Shown here: in pieces, positions 38,723 to 48,631 of the stretch
How positions within the stretch are numbered: position 1 is the first letter of the stretch
How the letters are laid out: every line of letters starts with the position of its first letter
From: Candidatus Jordarchaeales archaeon
Lineage (GTDB): Archaea > Asgardarchaeota > Jordiarchaeia > Jordiarchaeales > Freyrarchaeaceae
Assembly: GCA_038889235.1 (NCBI GenBank)
Contig: JAWAHN010000001.1
Span: forward strand, 631,459 to 695,458
Reading direction: 5' to 3'
DNA length: 64,000 nt
The notes under the pieces: model-generated
The model's input: only the letters and a program-made list of their open reading frames with translations
Told to the model about the DNA's origin: nothing
Databases searched by the model: none
Made by a program: the position numbers and the translations under genes

Positions 38723-39299
38723 CGGGAGAAACGTTGTGGGAAAAGAGATGAAGACACCGTTGCTTGAGAAAGATATTAGATCGTTACATGTTGGAGATGT
38801 GGTGTTTCTCTCAGGAGTTGTAGTTACAGCCAGAGATGCAGCGTATAGAAGGATGGCTGAATGCATCCGTTTGGGGAAACCTATCCCAGTGAATTTAAGG
38901 GACGGGGTGATATACCACTGCGGCCCCATAGTTAGAGAGATTGAAGGAAAAATGGAGGTTGTCTCTGCGGGGCCCACTACGAGTTCCAGAATGGACGCAT
39001 TTGAACCCCTTATAATAGAACGACTCGGGGTTAGGATGATTATTGGTAAGGGAGGAGTTGGAGAGGCAACTGTCGAAGCGATGAAGCGGTTTGGAGCAGT
39101 TTATGCAGCGTTCCCTGGAGGAGCAGGTGTCCTTGCTGCTTCGAAAATTAAGAGAGTTATTGGAGTCGAGTGGGCAGACTTAGGAATGCCCGAAGCGTTG
39201 TGGTCCTTGGAAGTTGAAGCTTTCGGACCTTTAATAATCGCGGTAGACTCTCATGGAAGGTCTCTTTACGCCAGGAAATCTGTAAGTTTTTTCGAGTGA
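38700..39299 (+). CDS. fumB: Class I fumarate hydratase / Fe-S hydro-lyase, beta subunit
   Basis: 199 aa; beta-subunit swivelling-domain motifs (LHVGDVVFLSGVVVTARDAAYRR); overlaps alpha gene by 23 bp. Confidence 0.75.
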   Translation: MEGGQLSDGRNVVGKEMKTPLLEKDIRSLHVGDVVFLSGVVVTARDAAYRRMAECIRLGKPIPVNLRDGVIYHCGPIVREIEGKMEVVSAGPTTSSRMDAFEPLIIERLGVRMIIGKGGVGEATVEAMKRFGAVYAAFPGGAGVLAASKIKRVIGVEWADLGMPEALWSLEVEAFGPLIIAVDSHGRSLYARKSVSFFE

Positions 39300-40045
39300 G
39301 ATTCTTTAACAATTTCAGCGCACTTTTGAGGTGAGAGAACTTTAAACTCTAATCCGTGTTTTTCAAGCAAGAGAAGAGCTTTCTTAGAGGCGGAGGGAGC
39401 CGCCAAAATCCCTCTTACACAGCGTGTGCCACGCTTTTTAACTTCTTCAACGTACCTCGAAAGCTGGAGGACGTCTTCGCTCGTGGCGGTTTTTCTCTTA
39501 AGTTCTATAACGACGATATTGCCTTCTTTGTCCACGGCATAAACATCAACGAAGCCCGATTCAACAATTTTCTCCTTAGTTATGGGTTTGAGTCCCTCCT
39601 CTATAAGTCCGGGATTCGCTATTACCGCTTTTTGCATGTCTTCCTCGCTAGCATACATTATGAACTCTGCCTCGTCAACTAGATCAAGAGCAATAACGGC
39701 ATAGAGTTCCTTGAACTCGATTTCCAGCAGCTCTTTGGGCTTCATTCTGACACTTTTAACAACAAGATTGCCTTTCTTACTCATTGATTGCAAAACAGAC
39801 CCGGAAGGCTGCCAGTTAACCGGTTGCGCGTCCCATGCCCTATGAACGAGGATGCTCCCATCTCTCTTAATTATTACTAGTCTTTCTCCCCAATCCAGGG
39901 ACGAGCTTGCTCGACCTTTATAGTCGACTTTACACAGCCCGATAAGTAACAACAGTGAACCCTTCTTTATGGCATAGTTTATCATGTGAACGGCCTCATC
40001 TAAGGACGGGTGGAGAATTAACTTGGATTTATGCAAGAACATCAC
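39266..40045 (-). CDS. nucS: NucS/EndoMS mismatch-specific endonuclease (RecB-like nuclease, DUF91)
   Basis: 259 aa; N-terminal ssDNA-binding domain, C-terminal RecB-like nuclease motifs (GNIVVIELKRKTATSEDVLQLSRYV); C-terminal tail KKLTDFLA resembles a PCNA-interaction motif. Confidence 0.75.
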   Translation of the reverse strand: MMFLHKSKLILHPSLDEAVHMINYAIKKGSLLLLIGLCKVDYKGRASSSLDWGERLVIIKRDGSILVHRAWDAQPVNWQPSGSVLQSMSKKGNLVVKSVRMKPKELLEIEFKELYAVIALDLVDEAEFIMYASEEDMQKAVIANPGLIEEGLKPITKEKIVESGFVDVYAVDKEGNIVVIELKRKTATSEDVLQLSRYVEEVKKRGTRCVRGILAAPSASKKALLLLEKHGLEFKVLSPQKCAEIVKESHSKKLTDFLA

Positions 40046-40076
40046 CCTTTTATCCCTTTAAATAGTATTCCATCAT

Positions 40077-40595
40077 ATGCCTAAAGGTTTGATCAAAAAG
40101 GCGCGGCTTTACAATGAAACGGCGTGGCTATATGATAAGCGTTACGGGGCTCAACAAAGCTTAAAACATTCCCTTGCACTGCTGGAACTGCCGATCGAAA
40201 AAGGGGATGTTGTAATTGATTTAGGCTGTGGGACAGGAGACCTCTTAACGAGGATCACGAAGGTTTGCCATTCCTGTCTAGGGATAGATTTCTCTATCGG
40301 GATGCTTTTGGAGGCAAGGAGAAAGTATACAAACCTCGACCTAGTACTAGCTGATGTTCATAACCTCCCTCTGAGAAAGGGTGCATGTAACAAGTTCTTT
40401 GCCATCACATTACTCCAAAACATCAACGAGCAAAAGCTTTTCAATGAATTGGTCAGGGTGTGCCGCCCAGGGAGCCGGGGTGTGGCGTCAACTATACGGA
40501 AAAAGGTGCGTTCACACTCTCTTTTCAAAAAACACGCTGAGAAAATTTTGGAGGTAGACGAAGACCTGATGTTCCTGGTTAGGCTCCCTATGTGA
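40077..40595 (+). CDS. Class I SAM-dependent methyltransferase
   Basis: 172 aa; VIDLGCGTGDL SAM-binding motif I. Confidence 0.75.
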   Translation: MPKGLIKKARLYNETAWLYDKRYGAQQSLKHSLALLELPIEKGDVVIDLGCGTGDLLTRITKVCHSCLGIDFSIGMLLEARRKYTNLDLVLADVHNLPLRKGACNKFFAITLLQNINEQKLFNELVRVCRPGSRGVASTIRKKVRSHSLFKKHAEKILEVDEDLMFLVRLPM

Positions 40596-40610
40596 CATTG
40601 CTCCGGGGAA

Positions 40611-41336
40611 TCATATTCCACTACTGGGAAGAATTATTATTCCCCTTTCACTGATCTCGAATGGCATTACTTTAAGGGAATGTTTTGTGAACCTCAGTTT
40701 TCTAACAACTAGCGACCTCTTAAGCTCGCCTCTCTCTTCATTCAGGTAGAGAACTATTATTCCTTGAGCTATAAACTCCTCCACTCCGAACCTTGAAAGC
40801 TCGTTTTTTGAAGTTATTTCAGAGGTCAAGAGACTTGTTGTATTTAAATCATTCAGCAGTGACGCGATCTTGAATATAGCGGTTCTAATGGCCGTCATAG
40901 ACTCAAACCTTATTCCGAGACTTGAGAGCGAGTCTATCACAACGCGTTCAGCGTTTATCTCTTTTGTAGCTCTATATATCTCCTGAGCTAACGTGCTTAT
41001 GTCAAAGCCTCTTTTCAGGGTGTAGGGCTCAGAGGTGGGTATTCCGGCTTTACTGGACGCGGCATCTATTATGATGAGTTTCCCTTCGTTTTCTAGTTTC
41101 TTAAGATCCCAGCCAAACTGCATAGCTTCCCGTCTTAGATCGTCTGGTCGCTCTTCGAGGGTTACGAAAACGCCAGGTTCGTCGTACTCTTTAGCTCCGT
41201 AGTAGAGGAACTGCATGCAGAAGATAGTTTTTCCAGTTCCCGCTCCACCTGTAACTAAAATGTTAGTTCCTTTAACGAAGCCCCCATTCGTTATTTCGTC
41301 GAGTCCAGGTATACCTGTTTTAACTCTTTCAATCAT
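40611..41336 (-). CDS. KaiC-domain / RecA-superfamily ATPase
   Basis: 241 aa; GIPGLDEITNGGFVKGTNILVTGGAGTGKT Walker A in a KaiC/RadA-paralogue context; GGGAGGGG precedes the ATG. Confidence 0.75.
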   Translation of the reverse strand: MIERVKTGIPGLDEITNGGFVKGTNILVTGGAGTGKTIFCMQFLYYGAKEYDEPGVFVTLEERPDDLRREAMQFGWDLKKLENEGKLIIIDAASSKAGIPTSEPYTLKRGFDISTLAQEIYRATKEINAERVVIDSLSSLGIRFESMTAIRTAIFKIASLLNDLNTTSLLTSEITSKNELSRFGVEEFIAQGIIVLYLNEERGELKRSLVVRKLRFTKHSLKVMPFEISERGIIILPSSGI

Positions 41337-41349
41337 TGTAAACCCCTCC

Positions 41350-41838
41350 CTACTTTTCTTTTTCGCTTATTAACCCTATTATTTCTTCTCCTTTCAACAG
41401 CTCGTTCAAACGCCACACGCTTACTTCTTGAACGTCTGGACTTCTTCTAAAGTTTGAAATTATAGATTCAAGTTCTTCATTAGATCTAGCAACAATCACT
41501 AGATAAAGTTCGTTTCCTTCGCCGCCGACACCAATTAACCTTACAAAGTCGTTTTTCAGTAAGCTTTCAGCGATCTCTCTTGTTCTTTTGAGGGTTAAGT
41601 CTCTAACGATATGACCTCCCACGATTAGCCGAACAAGAGCCAAAGTGTTATACCCAAGCTTTTCAGCCGAAACAGCCACAGTAAACTTCCGGATTATGCC
41701 TCGCTCGACAAGTTTACGAACCCTAAAATGTACTGTTGTGTCAGGCACTTGAAGCTGCTTAGCAATCTGGGTAAAAGGGGTTCTCGAATCATTCTGAAGT
41801 ATTTTCAATATTTCAATGTCAAGAGAATCCATTTCCAT
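41350..41838 (-). CDS. Lrp/AsnC-family transcriptional regulator
   Basis: 162 aa; N-terminal HTH (LDIEILKILQNDSRTPFTQIAKQLQVPDTTVHFRVRKLVERGII) and C-terminal RAM domain. Confidence 0.85.
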   Translation of the reverse strand: MEMDSLDIEILKILQNDSRTPFTQIAKQLQVPDTTVHFRVRKLVERGIIRKFTVAVSAEKLGYNTLALVRLIVGGHIVRDLTLKRTREIAESLLKNDFVRLIGVGGEGNELYLVIVARSNEELESIISNFRRSPDVQEVSVWRLNELLKGEEIIGLISEKEK

Positions 41839-41954
41839 AAATGTGACACCTCTTCTTTCGATTAACTCAAAAGAAACATAGTTCTTTTTGTTAAAAATTT
41901 AGTTTACCATAAATTAAAATGTTTCTCTCATTAAACCCAGTTTAAAGGTAAAAT

Positions 41955-43478
41955 TTATTCGGATATTCTACCTAAAAGCATACCCTCAACTCTAACTGGG
42001 ATAAGGGAGTAAGCGAGCTCTAAGGCTTTGGAAAGCCTGTGTTCACTCCCAGAGTAAATCTCCAAGAGCGTATCTCCCTTAGACACCTTATAACCTCTTT
42101 TAAACCTTAGAACAACGCCTGCACCTTTATCCGCCGGAGCTCCAGCAGCCCTAGCTATAAGTTTCACAGCTTCATTATCGACCTCAACGACATACCCGCC
42201 ACTTTCCGCCTTGACCGCCGCAGTATAGTTACCGACAGGGATTTCCTCCGGTTTAATATTAGGATCACCGCCTTGTGCAGCGATTATTTCCCTCATTTTC
42301 GAAAGCGCCCTACCATTCTCAAGAATGCTTTTAGCTACAGAGTAACCTTGTCCTACCCCGGCTTTGCCTCCCATTTCCAGGAGGATCCCTGCTAAAGATG
42401 TCGCTTTTTCGATTAAGCTCATGGGACCACTTCCCATAAGTGCTTCTAGCGCCTCTTTCGCCTCTAGAGAGGGGCCGACAGTATAGCCGACGGGCTGCCC
42501 TCCATAAGTGATCCCGCACTGGATCTTTATGCCTAGCTTTTTACCTATTTTTATGACTCTAGATGCTAGTTCTTCTGCTTCGTTCATGCTTTGTACCTTG
42601 CACCCCTTTCCCACCGGTATATCTAAAACCATGTTGTTCACGCCCACAGCGAGTTTCTTGGCTAGAATGCTTGCTATCATTTGAGGAGTCGGATCGACCA
42701 TTAATGGATGCTCTACTTTGATTATTATGTCGTCGGCTGGCGCTATGTTTAAGCCACCCCCCCACACTATGGCGCCTTTCACGTGTTCAACGATTTCTTT
42801 AAACTCGTCGATGGTGAAGCACACTGGAGCCAGAACTTCCATCGTGTCTGCCGTCCCGCTCGGACTTGTGATAGCCTTACTGCTGGTCTTGGGAATCAGG
42901 AGGCCTGAGGCGGCCACTATGGGTACTACTAGCAAACTTACTTTGTTCCCGGGAACGCCGCCGATAGAGTGTTTGTCGTAAGTTTCTTCGTTAAAACGCA
43001 ATTTTTCCCCGCTCTCCGCCATAGAAATGGTTAGAGCTTCTATTTCTCGGTCACTCATCCCGTTAAAGTATTGCGCCAAAATAAATGCCGCTATTTCGAT
43101 CGGGCTTAGCTCTCCTTTAACTATGCTTTGGACTATAATGGAGATTTCATCACGGGATAATTCTTCCCCCCGCATTTTCTTCCTTACATGTTCAAGCGCA
43201 GGAGTGGAGGGTGCTGTGTCTAAGATAATGGATTCACCGTCAGACAGGTTAATTAGCTTGCTTAAACGTTTAGGGATGCCTATCTCTCCCCTCCCCACCA
43301 TAGAATCGGAGAGGGCTACGTTAACCGTTAACTCACGCCCATCGGCGATAAGCTTAACCCTGTCTCCCACTTCAGCGTGAATTTCACTAGCGTCATGAAC
43401 GTTCATAACTATTGTCGCAGATTCGAAATCGATGTCTACGATGCGCGTCTCGAACTCTTTCAAATATGCAACCTCCAC
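41955..43478 (-). CDS. AMP phosphorylase (thymidine phosphorylase family, archaeal long form)
   Basis: 507 aa; N-terminal extension plus pyrimidine-nucleoside phosphorylase core (HSIGGVPGNKVS, TSSKAITSPSGTADTME). Confidence 0.75.
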   Translation of the reverse strand: MEVAYLKEFETRIVDIDFESATIVMNVHDASEIHAEVGDRVKLIADGRELTVNVALSDSMVGRGEIGIPKRLSKLINLSDGESIILDTAPSTPALEHVRKKMRGEELSRDEISIIVQSIVKGELSPIEIAAFILAQYFNGMSDREIEALTISMAESGEKLRFNEETYDKHSIGGVPGNKVSLLVVPIVAASGLLIPKTSSKAITSPSGTADTMEVLAPVCFTIDEFKEIVEHVKGAIVWGGGLNIAPADDIIIKVEHPLMVDPTPQMIASILAKKLAVGVNNMVLDIPVGKGCKVQSMNEAEELASRVIKIGKKLGIKIQCGITYGGQPVGYTVGPSLEAKEALEALMGSGPMSLIEKATSLAGILLEMGGKAGVGQGYSVAKSILENGRALSKMREIIAAQGGDPNIKPEEIPVGNYTAAVKAESGGYVVEVDNEAVKLIARAAGAPADKGAGVVLRFKRGYKVSKGDTLLEIYSGSEHRLSKALELAYSLIPVRVEGMLLGRISE

Positions 43479-43577
43479 GTATTAGCTAGCTTCTTATGGA
43501 AAACCAATTTTTTGGGGTATTTTGATAAGGTATTTATCAGTGCAAAGAAAAAGTTTTCCATTGGGGGTATATTCAGC

Positions 43578-45365
43578 ATGCTGTTCTCTAAAATAGCAGA
43601 TTTTTATGAGAAAATAGAGGCTACGACAAAACGGTTGGAGATGATAGACCTACTTGTTAACCTGTTCCTAGAGACGCCAAAAGAGATAATTGACAAGGTA
43701 GTTTACCTGACGACGGGGAGAATTTACCCGATGTTTGTTCCAATAGAGCTTGGTATTTCTGAAAAGTTGGCCATGCGAAGCATCGCTATGATTGCTGGAG
43801 TGAGTATTAAGGATGTTGAAAACACCTTTAAAGAGGTTGGTGACATAGGCCTTGTTGCCGAAATATTCACGAAAAAGAAGAAGCAAGCCTCCCTATTCCG
43901 GACGCCTTTAACAGTCGAGGTGGTTTATGAAACACTAGATAAGATAGCGAAGGAAAGTGGGGAGGGGTCGGTAGAAGCCAAAATAAGACATCTTTCGAAG
44001 CTGCTACTTGACGGTACACCTAAAGAAGCCAAGTATATTGCGAGGATGGTTGTAGGAAAGCTCCGCCTTGGGATAGCAGATTATACAATTCTTGACGCGT
44101 TGGCCGTGGCTTTCACAGGGTCTAGAGAAAACAGACCCATCCTTGAGAGGGCTTACAACATCACATCTGACTTAGGACTAATAGCTAAGGTGGTTGCAAC
44201 AGAGGGGCTTAACTCTGTTAAAAACTTCAAGATCACCGTTGGAAGACCTATAAGGATGATGCTTGCTCAAAGAGCGACATCTCCCGAAGAAATTCTTGAG
44301 CGCATGGGTGGCCGTTGCTCAGCCGAATATAAACTTGACGGGGAACGAATGCAAATACACAAGGACGGAAGTAGAGTGGAAATATTTTCTAGGAGACTTG
44401 AGAACATAACGTACCAGTACCCAGACGTAGTTAAACTTGTCATAGAAAACCTGAAAGCAGAGAGAGCGATAGTTGAAGGAGAATGCGTGGCCATAAATCC
44501 TGATACCGGGGAAATGCTTCCCTTCCAGCAATTGATGAGAAGGAAAAGAGTGTACGGCATAGAGGAAGCCGTAGAGAAGTACCCTGCTATGATCTATCTT
44601 TTCGACGCGCTTTTGGTAGAAGATGAAGATTTAACGGATAAACCCTACCCTGAACGCAGAAAGAGACTTGCGGAAATAGTTCGAGAAAACGAGCGTATAA
44701 AGTTAGTTAGAGCAGAGCTGCTCGACAGCGTGGAAGCCATAGAGAAATTTTTTGACGCTGCAGTCGAGGAAGGATGCGAAGGTATAATGGCGAAATCCAT
44801 CCAATCCGACTCCATATATGAGGCTGGAAGTAGAGGATACAAGTGGCTCAAGTTCAAACGAGAGTACAAGACAGAGATGACCGACACTATAGATGCAGTT
44901 ATAGTTGGAGCGTTTATGGGTAAAGGCAAACGGGCAGGATCCTATGGAGCGCTGCTCGTCGCGGTTTACGACGAGGATTCAGACATGTTCAAAACCATCT
45001 GCAAAGTTGGTACAGGCTTTAGTGATGAAGATTTAGAAAGACTGCCGGAGATTCTTAGGCCTTACCAGATACCACACAAACACCCGAGAGTAGATTCAAA
45101 GCTAAAGGCAGACGTATGGTTCACTCCAGCCAAAGTTATCGAGATTATTGGGGCTGAATTAACAATAAGCCAAGTTCATACATGTGCCTTGGGATACGCT
45201 AAGAAAGACAGCGGGATAGCAGTTAGGTTCCCAAGATTTACTGGTAGGTGGAGGGATGACAAGGGACCAGAAGAAGCTACAACTGTTAAAGAAGTAATCG
45301 AGATGTACGAACAACAGAAAAAAGTGAAGGTGGCTGAAACAGTAGAAGAAGACACGGCTAAGTAA
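43578..45365 (+). CDS. lig: ATP-dependent DNA ligase
   Basis: Adenylation domain (KxDG context: EYKLDGER), OB domain; conserved N-terminus MLFSKIADFYEKIEATTKRLE begins at ATG 43578; the track start 43377 is an upstream extension overlapping the divergent gene. Confidence 0.9.
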   Translation: MLFSKIADFYEKIEATTKRLEMIDLLVNLFLETPKEIIDKVVYLTTGRIYPMFVPIELGISEKLAMRSIAMIAGVSIKDVENTFKEVGDIGLVAEIFTKKKKQASLFRTPLTVEVVYETLDKIAKESGEGSVEAKIRHLSKLLLDGTPKEAKYIARMVVGKLRLGIADYTILDALAVAFTGSRENRPILERAYNITSDLGLIAKVVATEGLNSVKNFKITVGRPIRMMLAQRATSPEEILERMGGRCSAEYKLDGERMQIHKDGSRVEIFSRRLENITYQYPDVVKLVIENLKAERAIVEGECVAINPDTGEMLPFQQLMRRKRVYGIEEAVEKYPAMIYLFDALLVEDEDLTDKPYPERRKRLAEIVRENERIKLVRAELLDSVEAIEKFFDAAVEEGCEGIMAKSIQSDSIYEAGSRGYKWLKFKREYKTEMTDTIDAVIVGAFMGKGKRAGSYGALLVAVYDEDSDMFKTICKVGTGFSDEDLERLPEILRPYQIPHKHPRVDSKLKADVWFTPAKVIEIIGAELTISQVHTCALGYAKKDSGIAVRFPRFTGRWRDDKGPEEATTVKEVIEMYEQQKKVKVAETVEEDTAK

Positions 45366-45477
45366 AATAATATGCTAGTGCAGAAGAGCGCATTAAAAAG
45401 CTTTGCAAAAAATTTTAATAACATCAAAAACATAGGTAGCTTGAAATGCGTTTTTCTTTAAGAAATTGTGAAAGAGG

Positions 45478-45882
45478 TTGTTAAAATTGTCTGTCGAGCA
45501 AATAATTTCCGTCATAAATGAGCTTCTTTCAACAAACGAAAACATAACTGCAGCCGCAGTTATCACAAATGACGGGCGTATAATATACCAGACAAACAAC
45601 TGGGACGTTAGTGTTGACGCGCCGAGTCTAATTGCTTCTTGGAGGGAAAAGGCGCCAGCCATATCGGTTCAGGGTATAAAGTACTCTGTTCTTCAAACAA
45701 CTGAGGAGAGACTCGTTGCGACAAACGTTAGCGGACTCGGACATATAATACTTGCAACAATACAGAGACGCGGCTTTCTAATGGTTTACGTGACACCTCA
45801 AGGGGATGCTGGTGGGAGCTACGTGGACGTCAGTCGGGCAGCAATGAAGCTCGCTCCAATTTTGCAAGCGATGGGTTACTGA
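45478..45882 (+). CDS. Roadblock/LC7-domain protein (MglB-like)
   Basis: 134 aa; alpha-beta pattern (AAAVITNDGRIIYQ...KYSVLQTTEERLVATNVSGLGHIILAT) characteristic of Roadblock/LC7. Confidence 0.65.
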   Translation: MLKLSVEQIISVINELLSTNENITAAAVITNDGRIIYQTNNWDVSVDAPSLIASWREKAPAISVQGIKYSVLQTTEERLVATNVSGLGHIILATIQRRGFLMVYVTPQGDAGGSYVDVSRAAMKLAPILQAMGY

Positions 45883-45913
45883 ATACTTTAAATCAAAGAT
45901 CCTCCCCCTCTTT

Positions 45914-46603
45914 TTAGTAAATCCTCCTGACGAGACGTACTTCTTCGCTCTCTAAGTCATATTCTACGAGGTTGGCTTTGGCCAGGTCGTAAATGCTTTT
46001 CAGTATGATTGCTGGCTGGAAACCAGCGGCCTCAGTTATTTCTTTCCGTTTCATGATGTTTTTATCTCCATGCAACAAGTATAGTACTTTGGCGTGAGGC
46101 TGTCCACCGAAAACTTCCTCGAGAAGAGTGATATATATTGAAAGGAGGTGCCTTACGTCCTCGATTTCCTCTTTTTCCTTAGTAATTTCTCGGTACATCT
46201 TTGACAGCCTTGATAGCTGTTCCTTTATGTAGTTTAGCTCTTCTTCGAGCTTACGTTTTTCGTTCAACACACTGGAAAGCTCTTCGTCTTTTGCAGCTAA
46301 CTTTTCCTTAGTCTCTTTCAGAGAGCGTTCCAAGCTCATTATTTGTTCCTTTAGAGAAACTATTTCTCTCTGAGAAGATTCAAGGGTGGACTTTAACTTT
46401 TCAGTTTCTTCTTCCTTGCTCTTCAGTAAAAAGATGAGTTCATTCATTTTTTCATCTTTTTCCTTAATCTCCCTTTCTTTGGCTGCAAGGGCATTTGCCA
46501 TTCCCGTGACTTCATCGACGATAAGTTCCATTCTATTATAGAGGTCTTTTATCGCCGCACAGATACTACTTACTTTTTCCACAGCGTTAGTGTTCACATT
46601 CAC
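45914..46603 (-). CDS. Coiled-coil protein with C-terminal winged-helix-like domain
   Basis: 229 aa; long heptad-rich E/K/L segment followed by KVLYLLHGDKNIMKRKEITEAAGFQPAIILKSIYDLAKANLVEY. Confidence 0.5.
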   Translation of the reverse strand: MNVNTNAVEKVSSICAAIKDLYNRMELIVDEVTGMANALAAKEREIKEKDEKMNELIFLLKSKEEETEKLKSTLESSQREIVSLKEQIMSLERSLKETKEKLAAKDEELSSVLNEKRKLEEELNYIKEQLSRLSKMYREITKEKEEIEDVRHLLSIYITLLEEVFGGQPHAKVLYLLHGDKNIMKRKEITEAAGFQPAIILKSIYDLAKANLVEYDLESEEVRLVRRIY

Positions 46604-46694
46604 TCCTCCCCGCTAGCGGATCACCACAAAAACTTGGAAGAAATTCAACTATTATTTCAACTCGTAATTTTCAGCTTTCGATAATTTTTAAAGG

Positions 46695-47636
46695 GTGTCT
46701 GTTATTTATAAGGTTGATCAGAGAGAATTCATTCAGGCGGTTGGAGGCTCAATGGAGGAGGACCTAAGGAATGTTATAGAAAGGGTGATCGGAGAAAGTG
46801 TTCAAAGAAGCATAGAACCATTTATACGCGCTCTTTTGAAGAGCATAAAGATAATCAGAGATGAAGTCGCTTCGATAGGAGTGGAGCTGGAGACGCGATC
46901 CAAGGACCTTTTGAGCCAATTAAACGGATTATCGAACCTGCTTCGGACAATTTACGAGCATGTGGAAAGAATAGAGAAGACGCAGGGTGAAGCGGAGCAA
47001 CGGCTACTTATAACTCCCCCCTCTGAGCAAAGAAATGTAGAGAGTCTTGTAGAAAGCAAAGTTAGAAGCTTGATTGAACCTCTAGGTAAAACTCTTCAGA
47101 AGATCGTGGATCAACAAATTACGCTGATAAATACCATCGAGCAAATTGTCGGAAAAATGGAGAGCATCGAAAGGAGCATGTTAGAACTTAAGACGAGTGC
47201 ACCTAAAATCCCAATTCAGCTGGGTTCAGAGGTGGATGAGGAAGAGAGGGCAGAAACAACTTCAGACGTTTTTAAAAGTGAAGTTTTCTCTAAATTAGAA
47301 GGTGCAGTTAAGACGCTTCTGGAAAAAACCGAGGAAGCAGAAAAGGTCAAAGAGACGGAGGAAGCAGAAGGGGGACCAGAATTTGAAGAACATTTAACAG
47401 AAACCGAAAAGCTAGAGCTTCAATCCGCTTCAAGAGAAGCCGCTGGTAGCGAGGAATTAACTATTGACAAATTACAGGAGAGGGTGGCAGAAATAGATCG
47501 GGAAATAACTGACTTAACTTTTGATAGAATGAGAGGGCTTCTAAGTGAAGAAGAATATCAAGAGAAAAAGGAGACATTAATAAAGGAAAAGGAGATTTTG
47601 AAAAAGAAAATCGAGGAGCTGACTCTTAAGATGTAA
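46695..47636 (+). CDS. Coiled-coil protein, function unknown
   Basis: 313 aa; extended predicted coiled-coil and acidic segments; first gene of a three-gene co-directional unit. Confidence 0.5.
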   Translation: MSVIYKVDQREFIQAVGGSMEEDLRNVIERVIGESVQRSIEPFIRALLKSIKIIRDEVASIGVELETRSKDLLSQLNGLSNLLRTIYEHVERIEKTQGEAEQRLLITPPSEQRNVESLVESKVRSLIEPLGKTLQKIVDQQITLINTIEQIVGKMESIERSMLELKTSAPKIPIQLGSEVDEEERAETTSDVFKSEVFSKLEGAVKTLLEKTEEAEKVKETEEAEGGPEFEEHLTETEKLELQSASREAAGSEELTIDKLQERVAEIDREITDLTFDRMRGLLSEEEYQEKKETLIKEKEILKKKIEELTLKM

Positions 47637-47679
47637 AGGAAGAGAAACCTAAGATTTACGGGTGGAGGAATGCTGAAGT

Positions 47680-47985
47680 TTGGAAAAGACTGTGGATATA
47701 TGGGAATATTACCCAACCTATTCCGTCGATAAGAGCGGTAAAAAAGTGTTGATTATACGGGCTCTTACTTCCTTAAGCGATCTCAGCAAATTCGATATTC
47801 AAAATTATGAACAAATCAAGAAGTTGTGGTTTTCGGTTCTTTTAAGCATCCCTCTTCTAAAGAAGAAAAATTTTGACGACTCCTTACTCGAGGTGAAGAT
47901 TGAGGGGGAAACTGTTGAAGTTCGTGTAACAATCCCTCAAGATTATATTGAAGATGGTTCGACTCTTGGGGGAGAAAAGAGTTGA
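47680..47985 (+). CDS. Small hypothetical protein
   Basis: 101 aa; sits between two genes of the same unit and overlaps the next start by 4 bp. Confidence 0.4.
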   Translation: MEKTVDIWEYYPTYSVDKSGKKVLIIRALTSLSDLSKFDIQNYEQIKKLWFSVLLSIPLLKKKNFDDSLLEVKIEGETVEVRVTIPQDYIEDGSTLGGEKS

Positions 47986-48602
47986 TCCACGCTATCTACA
48001 TTATAGATGGAAGAAGTGGGGTACACTTCCTTTCCCAGAGATATGGAGAAATAGAACTGGATGAAGCGCTAATTGCTGGATTTTTAACAGCTATCAAGCA
48101 TTTTTCATGTGAATTGAAAAAGAGTAAAAGAGAGGGGGAGACTGATGCAGTTCAAGAAATAGAAATGAAAACGTACAAAATTGTTATTCATGCTTCTGAG
48201 GAAAACATCCTTGTAGCTGCAATAACCGACTGGGAGGATTCCACGCAGCTTGTTAGGAAAGCTTTGACGGAAGTTGCTTCAAGCTTTTCAGGAAGGTATA
48301 GATCAATTTTGAATAATTGGAACGGAGATTCATCATTATTTTCAGACTTTGTTCCCGAACTCGACAGGATTTTAATGGAGGGGCGTATTGGGGAAGCGCT
48401 TAAAAAACCGAAACTTAAAGGGAAACTTATGAAGAGTATGGTTAGAATGGGATTTATAAGTGAGGACGCGTTTAGGATAAGCGAGCTATGTGACGGAAGA
48501 CACACAAAAGAAGCGATTGCCGACAAGCTTAAACTCCCCTTAGAAAAAGTTATTGAAGCAATAGGGGAGCTTGAGAAAAAGAACCTCCTCGAGTGGGTTT
48601 AA
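47982..48602 (+). CDS. Longin/Roadblock-like domain protein with C-terminal winged helix
   Basis: 206 aa; N-terminal MIHAIYIIDGRSGVHFLSQ...KIVIHASEENILVAAITD (SNARE-like/longin-type pattern), C-terminal HTH-like RISELCDGRHTKEAIADKLKLPLEKVIEAIGELEKKNLL. Confidence 0.5.
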   Translation: MIHAIYIIDGRSGVHFLSQRYGEIELDEALIAGFLTAIKHFSCELKKSKREGETDAVQEIEMKTYKIVIHASEENILVAAITDWEDSTQLVRKALTEVASSFSGRYRSILNNWNGDSSLFSDFVPELDRILMEGRIGEALKKPKLKGKLMKSMVRMGFISEDAFRISELCDGRHTKEAIADKLKLPLEKVIEAIGELEKKNLLEWV

Positions 48603-48631
48603 AGGTTTCCTGAACTGAAAGATGACTATTT

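Noticed and set aside
43377-43577. N-terminal 67-aa extension of the DNA ligase ORF
   Set aside because: Extension overlaps the divergent AMP phosphorylase gene; the conserved ligase N-terminus begins at the ATG at 43578.
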